NCBI RefSeq assembly: GCF_000315625.1
Contig: NW_005434537.1
Span: forward strand, 13,171 to 77,170
DNA from: Guillardia theta CCMP2712
Taxonomy: Eukaryota; Protista; Cryptophyta
Direction: 5' to 3'
Length of the DNA: 64,000 nucleotides
Shown here: piece by piece, positions 10,221-19,231 of the stretch
Layout: each line of letters begins with the position of its first letter
Numbering within the stretch: position 1 is the stretch's first letter
Made by a program: the position numbers and the translations under genes
The notes under the pieces: model-generated
Seen by the model: the letters and a program-made list of their open reading frames with translations, nothing else
What the model was told of the DNA's origin: nothing
Database searches by the model: none

Positions 10221-10718
10221 TCACAAACCGAACGCCACGCCCCAGTCCTTGAGGATCTCCGCGCTGGAGGGCACGGGGAAGGCATTGGACTGATTTGAAT
10301 GCGGGGCATCCCTGCCGTAGATCTTGCATCCCTGCCTGGCGCCCTTCCTGACGATGCTCACCTCGAGGACCTTCTTCTTCCCCGCGCGGAGGCGCTCGCC
10401 CTCCCCCCTGCCCGACTGGTTGATATCCACGACGTACCCAAGCGACAGCTCGCTGGCGGTCCTGTCCCGCACCCACTCCTGCGCGATGGCGCCCTCCACC
10501 TCGTCCGGGCTGAGCTCCATGACGCAGTTCAGGCGCCCCTCCCGGTCCTTGAAGGCGGAGACGACGCTCCCGATGCCCACCCCCTTGTGCTCGATCTTGA
10601 CCGGCAGGCCGACCATCTCCCGCCCTGCGATGATCTCGTCGATCTCGCTATCCTTGAGGTGCAGCCCGTTGTAGCCCTCACCCTCCCCCGTCGGGTTGGC
10701 GATGCCGCAGATGAGCAT
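10221..10718 (-). CDS. Capsid maturation protease, herpes assemblin / HK97 prohead protease-like
   Basis: LPVKIEH..IGSV (His), ELSLGY (Ser nucleophile) and EVSIVRKGARQGCKI (oxyanion-Arg segment) match assemblin LPxNIxH/GLSLS/HVALC..GRR and the prohead protease EVSLV motif. Confidence 0.8.
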   Translation of the reverse strand: MLICGIANPTGEGEGYNGLHLKDSEIDEIIAGREMVGLPVKIEHKGVGIGSVVSAFKDREGRLNCVMELSPDEVEGAIAQEWVRDRTASELSLGYVVDINQSGRGEGERLRAGKKKVLEVSIVRKGARQGCKIYGRDAPHSNQSNAFPVPSSAEILKDWGVAFGL

Positions 10719-10960
10719 TTTGGAACGGGTAAGAACAACGATCGCTTTTATGCATCCCGGGAGTCATACGGAGCAACAAATGCACAACAAAAAAACCGAG
10801 TGCATCCGTGGAGCGAGAGGGGGCATGGAGTAGCGTATTTAAGGCCCCGGGAGGTTGACGTCCCGAGATGAAGGTGAAGGTTGCGGTAACAAGAACGGGA
10901 AGTATTGTTCGTGTTTGTACTTAGCACACATTATAATTAGGGATTACGGCTTAATAGCAC

Positions 10961-12160
10961 TTAAAACAGGCAGTGTGGGTTGACGTTCTCCTTGTCTTTA
11001 GCAATCGCCTTACTAATCTTGAATCGTTTGGACCCTTTCTTCTGAATCGATATCGCAGGGGAGCTGGCAAAGCCGGAAGCGTCCACCTGCATGAAGCTCA
11101 GGTAGCTGCCCATCTCTGTCGGTGTCACCCCCGCGTTGCGCAGGTCTACCTCGAGCGACGGATCCTTCCTATCCAAGGGGCAGGTATAGGGGGAGGAATA
11201 GACGTTGACCTTGCGCACAGAAGGATCCATCACACAGTCCAGGACCCTTAGACTCTGCACCCCCAGGTCCCCAACGTAGGTCTTCAAGGCCGGATAGGCG
11301 GAGTACACGGCCTGTCCCTTGGCCCTCACGAAACCGATGAAAAAGTCCCGAAACCACCCGCAGTCGCTGGAGGTCATCATCACGCTGAGCGCCACACTCA
11401 CGGACGAGCCTCGCATGCAGCACCTAGCAAACACGTACACCTGGTGCCTGAGCCTACCATGCAGGAACTCCACCATGTCGTTGAGCAGCGGGAGGAGCGC
11501 GACGTCCGGGGATTCGTTACCCCAGTCCCCGTGGGCATAGAGCCAAAGGCAGCGGATGTCCTCGCAGTAGACACGGATGGGCGGGGGGCACGGGAACCAG
11601 GCGTCCGGTGGGAGCGCGTCGCATAGCCGTGCGTAGACCCCACGCACCCAAGGCTGACTCTCCAACTTTGCCATCCCAAGGCCCCCGTCGACCATGTCGT
11701 CACCCAGGACCTCCAAAAGCCGCACGGGAAACTTGGGATGAAGGCCGTGGCACCCGCTCTTCACGCTCTCGACCTCACCCGGAGGCACAAAGTAGGGCAC
11801 CAGCGAGATCCTCTTCTGTGGCACGAGCGCGAGGAGCACCATCGTCGCATCCACCCGCTCCGACTCAAGGAAGAGGCGCACACACTCCTCCGGGGAGGTG
11901 AGTCGAAGCTTGAAAGGAGCCCCTCCGGTAGTTCCCGTGGAGCAAGAAGGCACGGTCAAGATCCCGGTAGCACTCCCTTCCAGCGAGGTGGGAGGCGGGC
12001 CTCCGCTGTCCAGCACCGTAGGCGTGGAGGATGATGAGGATTTGGAGGGCCTGGAGGGCGACGAGCAAGGCGAGCAAGATGCAGGCGAGGCCTTGGAGGA
12101 AGGAAACGGCGGGTCGTTGGACGACGTGGAAGGTTCGGTAGATGTTGAAGATGAAAACAT
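10961..12160 (-). CDS. Hypothetical protein, Ser/Pro-rich N-terminus; possibly a degenerate AEP/primase-like fold
   Basis: About 400-aa ORF. VKSGCHGLHPKF and VMDPSV loosely resemble AEP motifs II and III; no clear DxD motif. Confidence 0.55.
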   Translation of the reverse strand: MFSSSTSTEPSTSSNDPPFPSSKASPASCSPCSSPSRPSKSSSSSTPTVLDSGGPPPTSLEGSATGILTVPSCSTGTTGGAPFKLRLTSPEECVRLFLESERVDATMVLLALVPQKRISLVPYFVPPGEVESVKSGCHGLHPKFPVRLLEVLGDDMVDGGLGMAKLESQPWVRGVYARLCDALPPDAWFPCPPPIRVYCEDIRCLWLYAHGDWGNESPDVALLPLLNDMVEFLHGRLRHQVYVFARCCMRGSSVSVALSVMMTSSDCGWFRDFFIGFVRAKGQAVYSAYPALKTYVGDLGVQSLRVLDCVMDPSVRKVNVYSSPYTCPLDRKDPSLEVDLRNAGVTPTEMGSYLSFMQVDASGFASSPAISIQKKGSKRFKISKAIAKDKENVNPHCLF

Positions 12161-12431
12161 TCTTCGAAGATCTCTGGTTTCTGGGATCAAAACTTTTCTG
12201 CTGTTCCCTTTGCGTGTACAAGACGGTGGGTCCCATGCAATGGCGGCGGGAGGCGCGTGGGAGGGTGCGGAAATCCGCGGCCCGTCCCGCCTTTTATAAG
12301 CGGGGGATTTTTTAGTTGTTTTTTTTAGTTTTTTTTAGTTTTCCTTTTTTATTTTTTTTCTATGAACGCTGCGCTGAAACTGGTTTTATATTTAAGAGTA
12401 ATATCGATGCAACCTACACCTGAAAACAATC

Positions 12432-12743
12432 ATGTTTCAAAACATCATCCTTTCTGCTGAACAACGTACCGAGGCTGTCATTGCACTGGACAAACTCATG
12501 GCCAGATGGAGCAATTTGTACGTCACACCGAGTTCAATTGTGTACGACTCGCAATACAACGAGCTTCCATGCTTTGTCCGGCAAATCATTGAGGAGCGTT
12601 TTCCCCTCCCTACCGATGAGAGAGAAGTGCCAGAAGCTCACCGCCTTTACGTGCTCGAGAACCTTCGTCGCACACTCCGTGGCATCGATTACCTGTATGG
12701 AACCCATCAAAGCATCCTCGAGGGTGCTTTCCAAATGAGCTAG
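12432..12743 (+). CDS. Hypothetical protein
   Basis: 103-aa ORF; TATTTAA at 12389. Confidence 0.6.
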   Translation: MFQNIILSAEQRTEAVIALDKLMARWSNLYVTPSSIVYDSQYNELPCFVRQIIEERFPLPTDEREVPEAHRLYVLENLRRTLRGIDYLYGTHQSILEGAFQMS

Positions 12744-12803
12744 ACGTTAGCACTTGCACGCGTAGTCAGAATGATTAAAGTTCATTCGTAATTCTTTATT
12801 TTT

Positions 12804-13103
12804 TTATACGCTTTTATTTTTTTTTTCTATGAACAATGCGCTCGCATCATCCCCCAGGCTCCTCTTCCTGTCCAATCTTTCCCTCACATTAATAAGATCC
12901 ATGATCTGCCTCTGCAACCCCGCCGCCTCGTCGATGCACATCCAGTAGAAGTCCCGCAGGATCTCCGACTTCATGTCGAGCTGCTGCTCCATGCCCAGGA
13001 AGGTGCAGATATTGTGGGCGCGGTGCAGGATATTCTGCATCTTCAACTCCAGGGACGCGATCCTGCCGTACAGATCGGAAGTGTCTCCCATTGTACCCTC
13101 CAT
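12804..13103 (-). CDS. Hypothetical small helical protein
   Basis: 99-aa ATG ORF convergent on the previous gene. Confidence 0.55.
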   Translation of the reverse strand: MEGTMGDTSDLYGRIASLELKMQNILHRAHNICTFLGMEQQLDMKSEILRDFYWMCIDEAAGLQRQIMDLINVRERLDRKRSLGDDASALFIEKKNKSV

Positions 13104-13226
13104 GTTGATTGTATACCAACCAAGGCCCCATCGACGCGGCTGTACGAAGGCAAACCCTCTCTCTTTTTAACCAAAAAAAAAGGTAGTTATACCCAGTCCA
13201 TCCCATGGCAGGCAGCAAAGGAGAGC

Positions 13227-13721
13227 ATGCTGGAGGCGATGGAGACGGGCTGGCCGCAGCTTCACCCCATGCACATGACGCTCTCGGAGAGGATTATGCA
13301 GGAGCAGGAGAGCAAGTCCGGGGTGGGGGTTGTAGGCAGATCAAACCTGCACACCGTCTTCGTTATTCATTCCAGAGGAGAGGGGCTGACGCTCAAAACG
13401 ATGGGAGAGGCACTTGAAATCCTCCAAGATACAGCCCCTGGGGTTCAGCTCCCCCACCGCCACCACGGGCTGTTCGAATGGGAGGGGCAGGACAAAAGCA
13501 ACATCGTCCTCCAGAGCGACCAGCTCGACCTCCCCTACATCTTCGACAACAAGCCGCTCGACAGCTACGAGCAGCAGCAGATCGCCGTCCTCCCCGCCGC
13601 CGACCTCGTCGTCACCGCCAAGGAGAACCACCTCCCGGACTCCGAGCACCGCATAGTACGCTCCATCGTCGAGGCGCTCAGGGCGTGCGGGGTGCAGGTG
13701 TCAACATCGGAACGTTTTTAG
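13227..13721 (+). CDS. Hypothetical protein
   Basis: 3' part of ORF 13014..13721 with GC3-rich codons; start uncertain. Confidence 0.55.
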   Translation: MLEAMETGWPQLHPMHMTLSERIMQEQESKSGVGVVGRSNLHTVFVIHSRGEGLTLKTMGEALEILQDTAPGVQLPHRHHGLFEWEGQDKSNIVLQSDQLDLPYIFDNKPLDSYEQQQIAVLPAADLVVTAKENHLPDSEHRIVRSIVEALRACGVQVSTSERF

Positions 13722-13781
13722 TTTTGCTCTTGTAATGTATTTAAATAAAACCGACTTCTGGGAAAGCATCTGATCTGATAT

Positions 13782-14315
13782 ATGTTTCGACCATTATCTC
13801 GATCGCGCAAGCATCAAGTCGTTATGTGTTACGCCCCATACCGCTTCTATCTCCAGAAGCAGGTCGAAGAGGCACAGATTGTTGTAGACAAAACCATGCA
13901 AGAACTCAAAGAAATCAGAAGCGAACTTGCAAGTCGCCGACTTGAAGTCTCCGGAACAGTGCGAATGTATCGCAACAGGCAGATCAGCAGGCTGATTACC
14001 AAAGAGAAATCACTGCGTCGTTGTTTATACCTTAAGCAGATCGACCAATCCGAGAAGCAGGCAAAATTGCGTTTTTATGACCAATCCCAGGCCATCAAGC
14101 CAAAACTTGACACGATCAAAAAGGAAGTGATGGATCTGGAGTCTGCCATCAAATTTCACAAGAAGGCGCTGAAGAAGGCCAAGAAGGCAGAGGACAAGGA
14201 TGCACACAATTTGAAGATCGCCGACCTCGAACAGGAGTACAAAAAGATGTGCAGGGAGGAGCGCAAATTGAGTGCAGAGCACTTCAAACTGGAAAGGGCA
14301 CTGGGATTGCGTTAA
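13782..14315 (+). CDS. Basic coiled-coil protein
   Basis: 177-aa K/E-rich ORF; TATTTAA at 13738. Confidence 0.65.
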   Translation: MFRPLSRSRKHQVVMCYAPYRFYLQKQVEEAQIVVDKTMQELKEIRSELASRRLEVSGTVRMYRNRQISRLITKEKSLRRCLYLKQIDQSEKQAKLRFYDQSQAIKPKLDTIKKEVMDLESAIKFHKKALKKAKKAEDKDAHNLKIADLEQEYKKMCREERKLSAEHFKLERALGLR

Positions 14316-14406
14316 TTCCAATTCCAGTAGCGTTCCGTAGCGTCCATGCATGCGCACGTAGTAAGCTTCATTAAACGTAAGAAGAATAACTCCCCTACAA
14401 CTCCAT

Positions 14407-15465
14407 TCACACCGGCAAGCAGGTGAGCGAAGACACCACCACCACATCCATCCCCGACCCGTTGAACACGGCGGCCTTGAGCTGGTCCTCGTTGCAGATC
14501 CCAAAGGTGGAGGAGACGTTGCCGAGCTCGCGGTTGAGGAGGGTCAGGATGCCCTCGGCGGGTCCCTGCCCGAACCCCTGCCCGGACAGCCTGCACTGCG
14601 TCTTCAGCCCAACCAACCCCGCAATGCCCTGCTGGACGGGGCAGCCGGGCGCTCCCTCCACGATGTCGCCGGGCACGCCGTAGCAGGCGATGGGCTGCGG
14701 GAGGCCGAGCACCAGGTGGCACTGCACCGGCGTCTCCTCCCTGACCGCCTGCTGCAGCCTGGGGTTGGCGGCGTGGGAGAGCACCGCGGAGGGGGCGTCC
14801 GGCGCGAGCATGGTGGTGGTGAGCGTGACGGAGCTGATGGGCATCTCCGGGTGCTTCCGCATGCTGACGTTCACCGTCTCCGCCAGCACGGTGCCGTCGA
14901 GCGAGACCGTCGACCTCCGCACCCTCAGCGACCCCTGCTCGCAGCCCTCCGGGATGCTCCACACGCCCTTGTGCACCTGCACGGAGGCGAAGCGGGTGCT
15001 GGTCCCCACGGTCGCCGCCTTGTCGCAGCAGAAGGAGAGCACCACGCTGGCCTCGGGGCTCTGGGCCTGGATGGCCCTAGAGGCGTACCGCCAAGCCTTG
15101 CCCAGCTCCCCGTAGGACCCCATCACGTCCGCGGCGTCCTGCTCGAGCAGAGAGCCCGAGACGAACGAGTTGGTCTTCAACACGGAGGACGCCCTGCCCG
15201 CCACCTGCAAGGAGGGCCTCCTCTCCCCGCACGCCTTGATCGTCACCCCGTACAGCGCGAACGGGGACTCCGGCTCCAGGACCTGCACCGCGGGAGTGCA
15301 GGACGCTGCCACCCCCTCCCGGTTCAGCTTGCTCGCCGTGTTGGAGGGCAGCCCCCCGCGAGAGAACAGCCCTGCCATGTCCCTGTGCTTGCCCCACGCC
15401 GACTCGAAAGCGCCCCACCTCGCCCGGAGATCCACCGAGGATGCAACCTGCGCAGAGCCTGACAT
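14407..15465 (-). CDS. Hypothetical beta-rich protein
   Basis: ORF 14407..15534, likely start MSGSAQV about 35 nt below a TATATAA box. Confidence 0.65.
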   Translation of the reverse strand: MSGSAQVASSVDLRARWGAFESAWGKHRDMAGLFSRGGLPSNTASKLNREGVAASCTPAVQVLEPESPFALYGVTIKACGERRPSLQVAGRASSVLKTNSFVSGSLLEQDAADVMGSYGELGKAWRYASRAIQAQSPEASVVLSFCCDKAATVGTSTRFASVQVHKGVWSIPEGCEQGSLRVRRSTVSLDGTVLAETVNVSMRKHPEMPISSVTLTTTMLAPDAPSAVLSHAANPRLQQAVREETPVQCHLVLGLPQPIACYGVPGDIVEGAPGCPVQQGIAGLVGLKTQCRLSGQGFGQGPAEGILTLLNRELGNVSSTFGICNEDQLKAAVFNGSGMDVVVVSSLTCLPV

Positions 15466-15549
15466 ATACGTTTGATCAGGCACCTGAGCTGAATTTATAT
15501 AGGCTCGGGCCGGCCGCTCCCTCGCAATACACAACCCCCTTTTTAAGGG

Positions 15550-16266
15550 ATGCCAGGCTGCATCGGCGTCTTCGCCTCCGGGTGGATACGCGTCCTACGC
15601 CTGACGGGGTTGTACAGGGACGAGGAGGCCGTCACCGCGCAGGCCATCAACGGCCTGGTCGTCAGCATCGACCACCTGCGGGGCCAGGAGGACGCGCTCG
15701 GCAGCGAGCTGTCCGCCCTCACGCAGCAGATCAAGGGCAAGCGCTCGGCCGGCATGAAGGCCCTGAAGCCCCTCCTCCTCAAGTGCAAGCAGAAGCGCGT
15801 CCGCCTCACCCAGATCGTACGCAAGCGCGAGTCATTCGAACACCACCTCGACGTCCTGAACAACACGGAGATCGACCAGACGCTCATCACCACCGTGAAG
15901 CAAACGGCCACCGCCATGAAGAGCCTCGGGATACACAAGCAGATCGACGACGTCGACACCCTCATGTCCGACCTCGAAGACTCCCACCTCGACGCCAAGG
16001 AGATGTCCGACCTCATGTCGTCCCGCCTCGGGAGGGAGGAGGACCTCGACGACGCAGAACTCGAAGAGGAGCTCAAGGCCCTCCTTGAGATCGACGAGGA
16101 TGACACCGCCTCCTACCTCCTCCCCTCCGCGCTGCAGGCTCCATCCCGGAAACAGACCATGGTTGAAGTCCCGCAGGTCACTTCCAGCATGGTATACGCA
16201 GATAATCCCAAGGAAGATTTGGAAGAGGAAAAGAGAGTAGAAGTGCCTTTGGTACCCATATCTTAA
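15550..16266 (+). CDS. SNF7: ESCRT-III Snf7/CHMP4-like protein
   Basis: Helical core ...ATAMKSLGIHKQIDDVDTLMSDLED...EEDLDDAELEEELKAL is typical of the Snf7 family. Confidence 0.85.
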   Translation: MPGCIGVFASGWIRVLRLTGLYRDEEAVTAQAINGLVVSIDHLRGQEDALGSELSALTQQIKGKRSAGMKALKPLLLKCKQKRVRLTQIVRKRESFEHHLDVLNNTEIDQTLITTVKQTATAMKSLGIHKQIDDVDTLMSDLEDSHLDAKEMSDLMSSRLGREEDLDDAELEEELKALLEIDEDDTASYLLPSALQAPSRKQTMVEVPQVTSSMVYADNPKEDLEEEKRVEVPLVPIS

Positions 16267-16306
16267 GCACGAGCATATTTATTTACATACAGACCTCGCC
16301 TGCGAA

Positions 16307-16807
16307 TCAGGGAGTGCAAAGGTAGTGTAGAGCATCGCTACAGCTCGAAAAAGTTAGGTCAACGGGGAATTCATCGACGTAGCCCTCCGACTCGTGCTGG
16401 AGCCGCTGAATGTGACTCTCTGCCTTGTCCCCGTAGACCTTCCTAATTCTACTGAGCTGCTCCTCCTTCCCGACGTCCAACCTTACCAGTAAGAACTTCC
16501 GGTCCCGGAGCATCAGGAATTCATCCCAGAACCTCACATCGTCGATCACCACCCTCTGATCGGGATGAGAGTCAAGCTTCCGCTCCATCAGCTTGATCCA
16601 CACTCGGTTGTCGATCTCCCGCATCTTCTGCCCAAAATCCTGGATCAGCGCACGGTCCTTGCCCGTCATGCCAAAGATCTCCCCTGCGTAGCGCTTGATG
16701 GGCTCAGCGAAGCTCAGCCTCTTGAAGCCATGGTCCCACTCGAGGTTGGACGCCAGGGTCGTCTTCCCCGCGCACATCCTCCCGCAGATGGCGATTCTTT
16801 CATGCAT
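16307..16807 (-). CDS. Deoxynucleoside monophosphate kinase-like P-loop kinase
   Basis: IAICGRMCAGKTT, SFAEPIK, VVIDDVRF..E and HESE motifs. Confidence 0.85.
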   Translation of the reverse strand: MHERIAICGRMCAGKTTLASNLEWDHGFKRLSFAEPIKRYAGEIFGMTGKDRALIQDFGQKMREIDNRVWIKLMERKLDSHPDQRVVIDDVRFWDEFLMLRDRKFLLVRLDVGKEEQLSRIRKVYGDKAESHIQRLQHESEGYVDEFPVDLTFSSCSDALHYLCTP

Positions 16808-16871
16808 GGGATAAGGTCCAGGAGAAAGAAGTTTTGTGACCGAGGAGGTAAAGCTCTTGTTTTTTTTTTCA

Positions 16872-17354
16872 TTAAACATTATCCATCTCCTGCGCCACCC
16901 TCTCCTGCACCCTCTGGGCGACGAACTCGTCGAGCATGAAGTCGACGGGCTGCGGCAGGGCGAAGCTCGTCCGGTGGGGCTCGGAGATCACCATCTGCAT
17001 GACGGAGCAGAGTTCCTGCCGCACCTTCAGCAGCGCATCCTCCCTGCTCAGCTCCTCCCTCTTCAGCATAGCGTCGATATCATGGAATATCCTCGCCAGC
17101 TGCTCCACCAGAAGCGTGGACATCCTCCCTACCGACTCGTACACGCTAGTGATCCTCTCGTTATGCTCGTCCCGCTCGACACTCAGCGCCAAAAACATCA
17201 CCATCGACAGAAGCCACTGCAGGTAGCTCACCGCTGCCACAGTCTCGTTGCCCTCACCGGTAAGCAGAGCAGTAATGAATAGACCAGTGATGACCGTCAT
17301 TGTGGCTACCTCCACCAGGTTCATATCTTCACATCGCTTGCTCCCAGCGAACAT
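16872..17354 (-). CDS. Membrane protein, two N-terminal hydrophobic segments
   Basis: 160-aa ATG ORF. Confidence 0.65.
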   Translation of the reverse strand: MFAGSKRCEDMNLVEVATMTVITGLFITALLTGEGNETVAAVSYLQWLLSMVMFLALSVERDEHNERITSVYESVGRMSTLLVEQLARIFHDIDAMLKREELSREDALLKVRQELCSVMQMVISEPHRTSFALPQPVDFMLDEFVAQRVQERVAQEMDNV

Positions 17355-17424
17355 TGGCGAGCGAGTGCCTTGGACATATTTTTGGATGCTTAGATGGGGG
17401 TAGGGTGGTTAGAGGGGAAGGAGA

Positions 17425-17932
17425 GGGTGGGGTACTCACTGGTACTAAATTAAGTAATTATATAATACTTATACAGCCAGGCCTCCCAGGGAAGGCCCCC
17501 CCCCCTGGCCAGAATTTGGAAACCGTTAAACCGTTAAACCGTTAATTTCAACGGTTCTATATATGTATATACATATATAATATACATATATAATATACAT
17601 ACTATATATGTTACTTAATATGTATAGTACTAATTAGTACTGTGTTAAACCCTGTTACACTATATACATTAGTACTATATAGTACTAATACATAGAGCGT
17701 AACAGAGAATCACAGAGTACTAATTAGTACTATATACATTAAGTAATATATATAGTATGTATATTATATATGTATATTATATATATATATTATATATATA
17801 CGACCGTTAATCTTAACGGTTTAACGGTTTAACGGTTTCCAGATTCTGGCCAGGGGGGGGGCCTTCCCTGGGAGGCCTGGCTGTATAAGTATTATATAAT
17901 TACTTAATTTAGTACCAGTGAGTACCCCACCC
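17425..17932. repeat. 508-bp imperfect palindrome, candidate replication origin
   Basis: Arms gggtggggtactcactggtac... / ...gtaccagtgagtaccccaccc. Axis agtactat|atagtact at 17678/17679. AAACCGTT x3 in each arm around an AT-rich core. Confidence 0.95.
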
Positions 17933-18045
17933 CCAAATATCCCATTCACAGGGAGTAGGGGTGGTAAACCACCCCTGTTTTTTTTTGTTTTTCTTGCTTC
18001 CCGCGTTCAAGCCCGTCGACTCCCGCGCCGCCGCTCCCTGCCGCC

Positions 18046-18801
18046 ATGGAGGGGAAGGAGCAGCCGATGCGGGTGGTGAGCTCACTGACGGGGGAGAGCT
18101 TCCGTTCCCATGAGGTGTGTGTGATGTGTGGGGTTCTTCTCGGAACGGGGGATGGTCGTCGGAGCAAGACGGCGCGGACCTTTCAGTGCATGTTAGACAA
18201 CCGCTGGCGGGAGACGCCGTATGTTTGGGCTTCGGTGAGAGAGGTGGCGGGGGCGAGGAAGGATCCCAACTACCGCTTGACGGCCTGCACGGCCTGCATC
18301 AACTGGATACGGAGGTCGGTGCCGAGCAACGAGCACGCAGAGCAGAGCGTGGGGAAGCGGAAGGTGTACCTCCTGATCGACCGGCTGATCTGCTTCTCCC
18401 TTGCTCCCGGGGAGGTGGCGTGCCCAGACATGCGGAACATGCGGAGGCTTCTTTCCTGCCTCCTTGATGAGAGGGTAGTGGGGAAGGAGCGGGTGGTGAA
18501 CTACTACCGCGCCGCTGTGCTGCCCGAGCACCTGCGTCAGGCGCTGGAGGAGTGCGGCGGTGAGGTGAACTCGTTCATCCGGAGGGTGGTGCTGCGCTGG
18601 TTCAGGGACGTCAACAATAGCTCTCCGGTCTTCCGCCATCCCAACACCGCCTACATCGTGCGGAAAGCGCTGGGGTGGACGAAATGGGATAGCAGCGTGC
18701 GGGTATGTATTAAACGTGATGGCAGTGAATGGGATGGCGAGGAGGACGAAGATGCAACATTCGGGTGTGATGAGCTCGGGAGCCCCGTCGACGGCGCCTG
18801 A
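18046..18801 (+). CDS. Hypothetical Zn-finger-like protein
   Basis: CVMC...CTAC pairs in a 251-aa ORF. Confidence 0.65.
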   Translation: MEGKEQPMRVVSSLTGESFRSHEVCVMCGVLLGTGDGRRSKTARTFQCMLDNRWRETPYVWASVREVAGARKDPNYRLTACTACINWIRRSVPSNEHAEQSVGKRKVYLLIDRLICFSLAPGEVACPDMRNMRRLLSCLLDERVVGKERVVNYYRAAVLPEHLRQALEECGGEVNSFIRRVVLRWFRDVNNSSPVFRHPNTAYIVRKALGWTKWDSSVRVCIKRDGSEWDGEEDEDATFGCDELGSPVDGA

Positions 18802-19138
18802 CACCACCCTGGAGGTGTGCTGCGTGGGCATCGCCGATCCGCAGTATATGCCCGAAGCGCTGCACGAGGTAGAGCGGAGGGTAAGGGCGGAGGCGCTGGC
18901 AGAGGCGGAGGGAGTGCCTTGCGCTGCGCTGGAGGCCGGGAGCTGGAAGGAGTTTCGCGGGAGCGCGCTGGCCTGGGCCCGTGGGTACCGTTCCTCTCCT
19001 CCCTCGGGTTGTGTCCTTCCGCATAACCTTGGCGTGGTCTCCTTCGTTAGTGGCATGCTATCGTACCGCGTGCCGCAGGTGGAGGCAAGGGAGCCCGAGA
19101 CGGGGAGGAAGAGGAAGGATCACGAGGATGAGTGCTAG
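18752..19138 (+). CDS. Hypothetical protein
   Basis: Part of ORF 18716..19138; TATTAAA at 18708, 44 nt upstream of ATG 18752. Confidence 0.5.
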   Translation: MQHSGVMSSGAPSTAPDTTLEVCCVGIADPQYMPEALHEVERRVRAEALAEAEGVPCAALEAGSWKEFRGSALAWARGYRSSPPSGCVLPHNLGVVSFVSGMLSYRVPQVEAREPETGRKRKDHEDEC

Positions 19139-19231
19139 TGTTTTGGAATAAAGCAAGGATGTTTTGTCTCCATCGCCCCCACCACCCCTTCTATGCATGT
19201 ATATAAATCGCTTGTTTGCCTAGCACCCAAG

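Noticed and set aside
17425-17932. Palindrome as a MITE or a read fold-back artefact
   Set aside because: No target-site duplication in the flanks, the arms differ at many inner positions, and unique genes continue on both sides. Kept only as an alternative to test.
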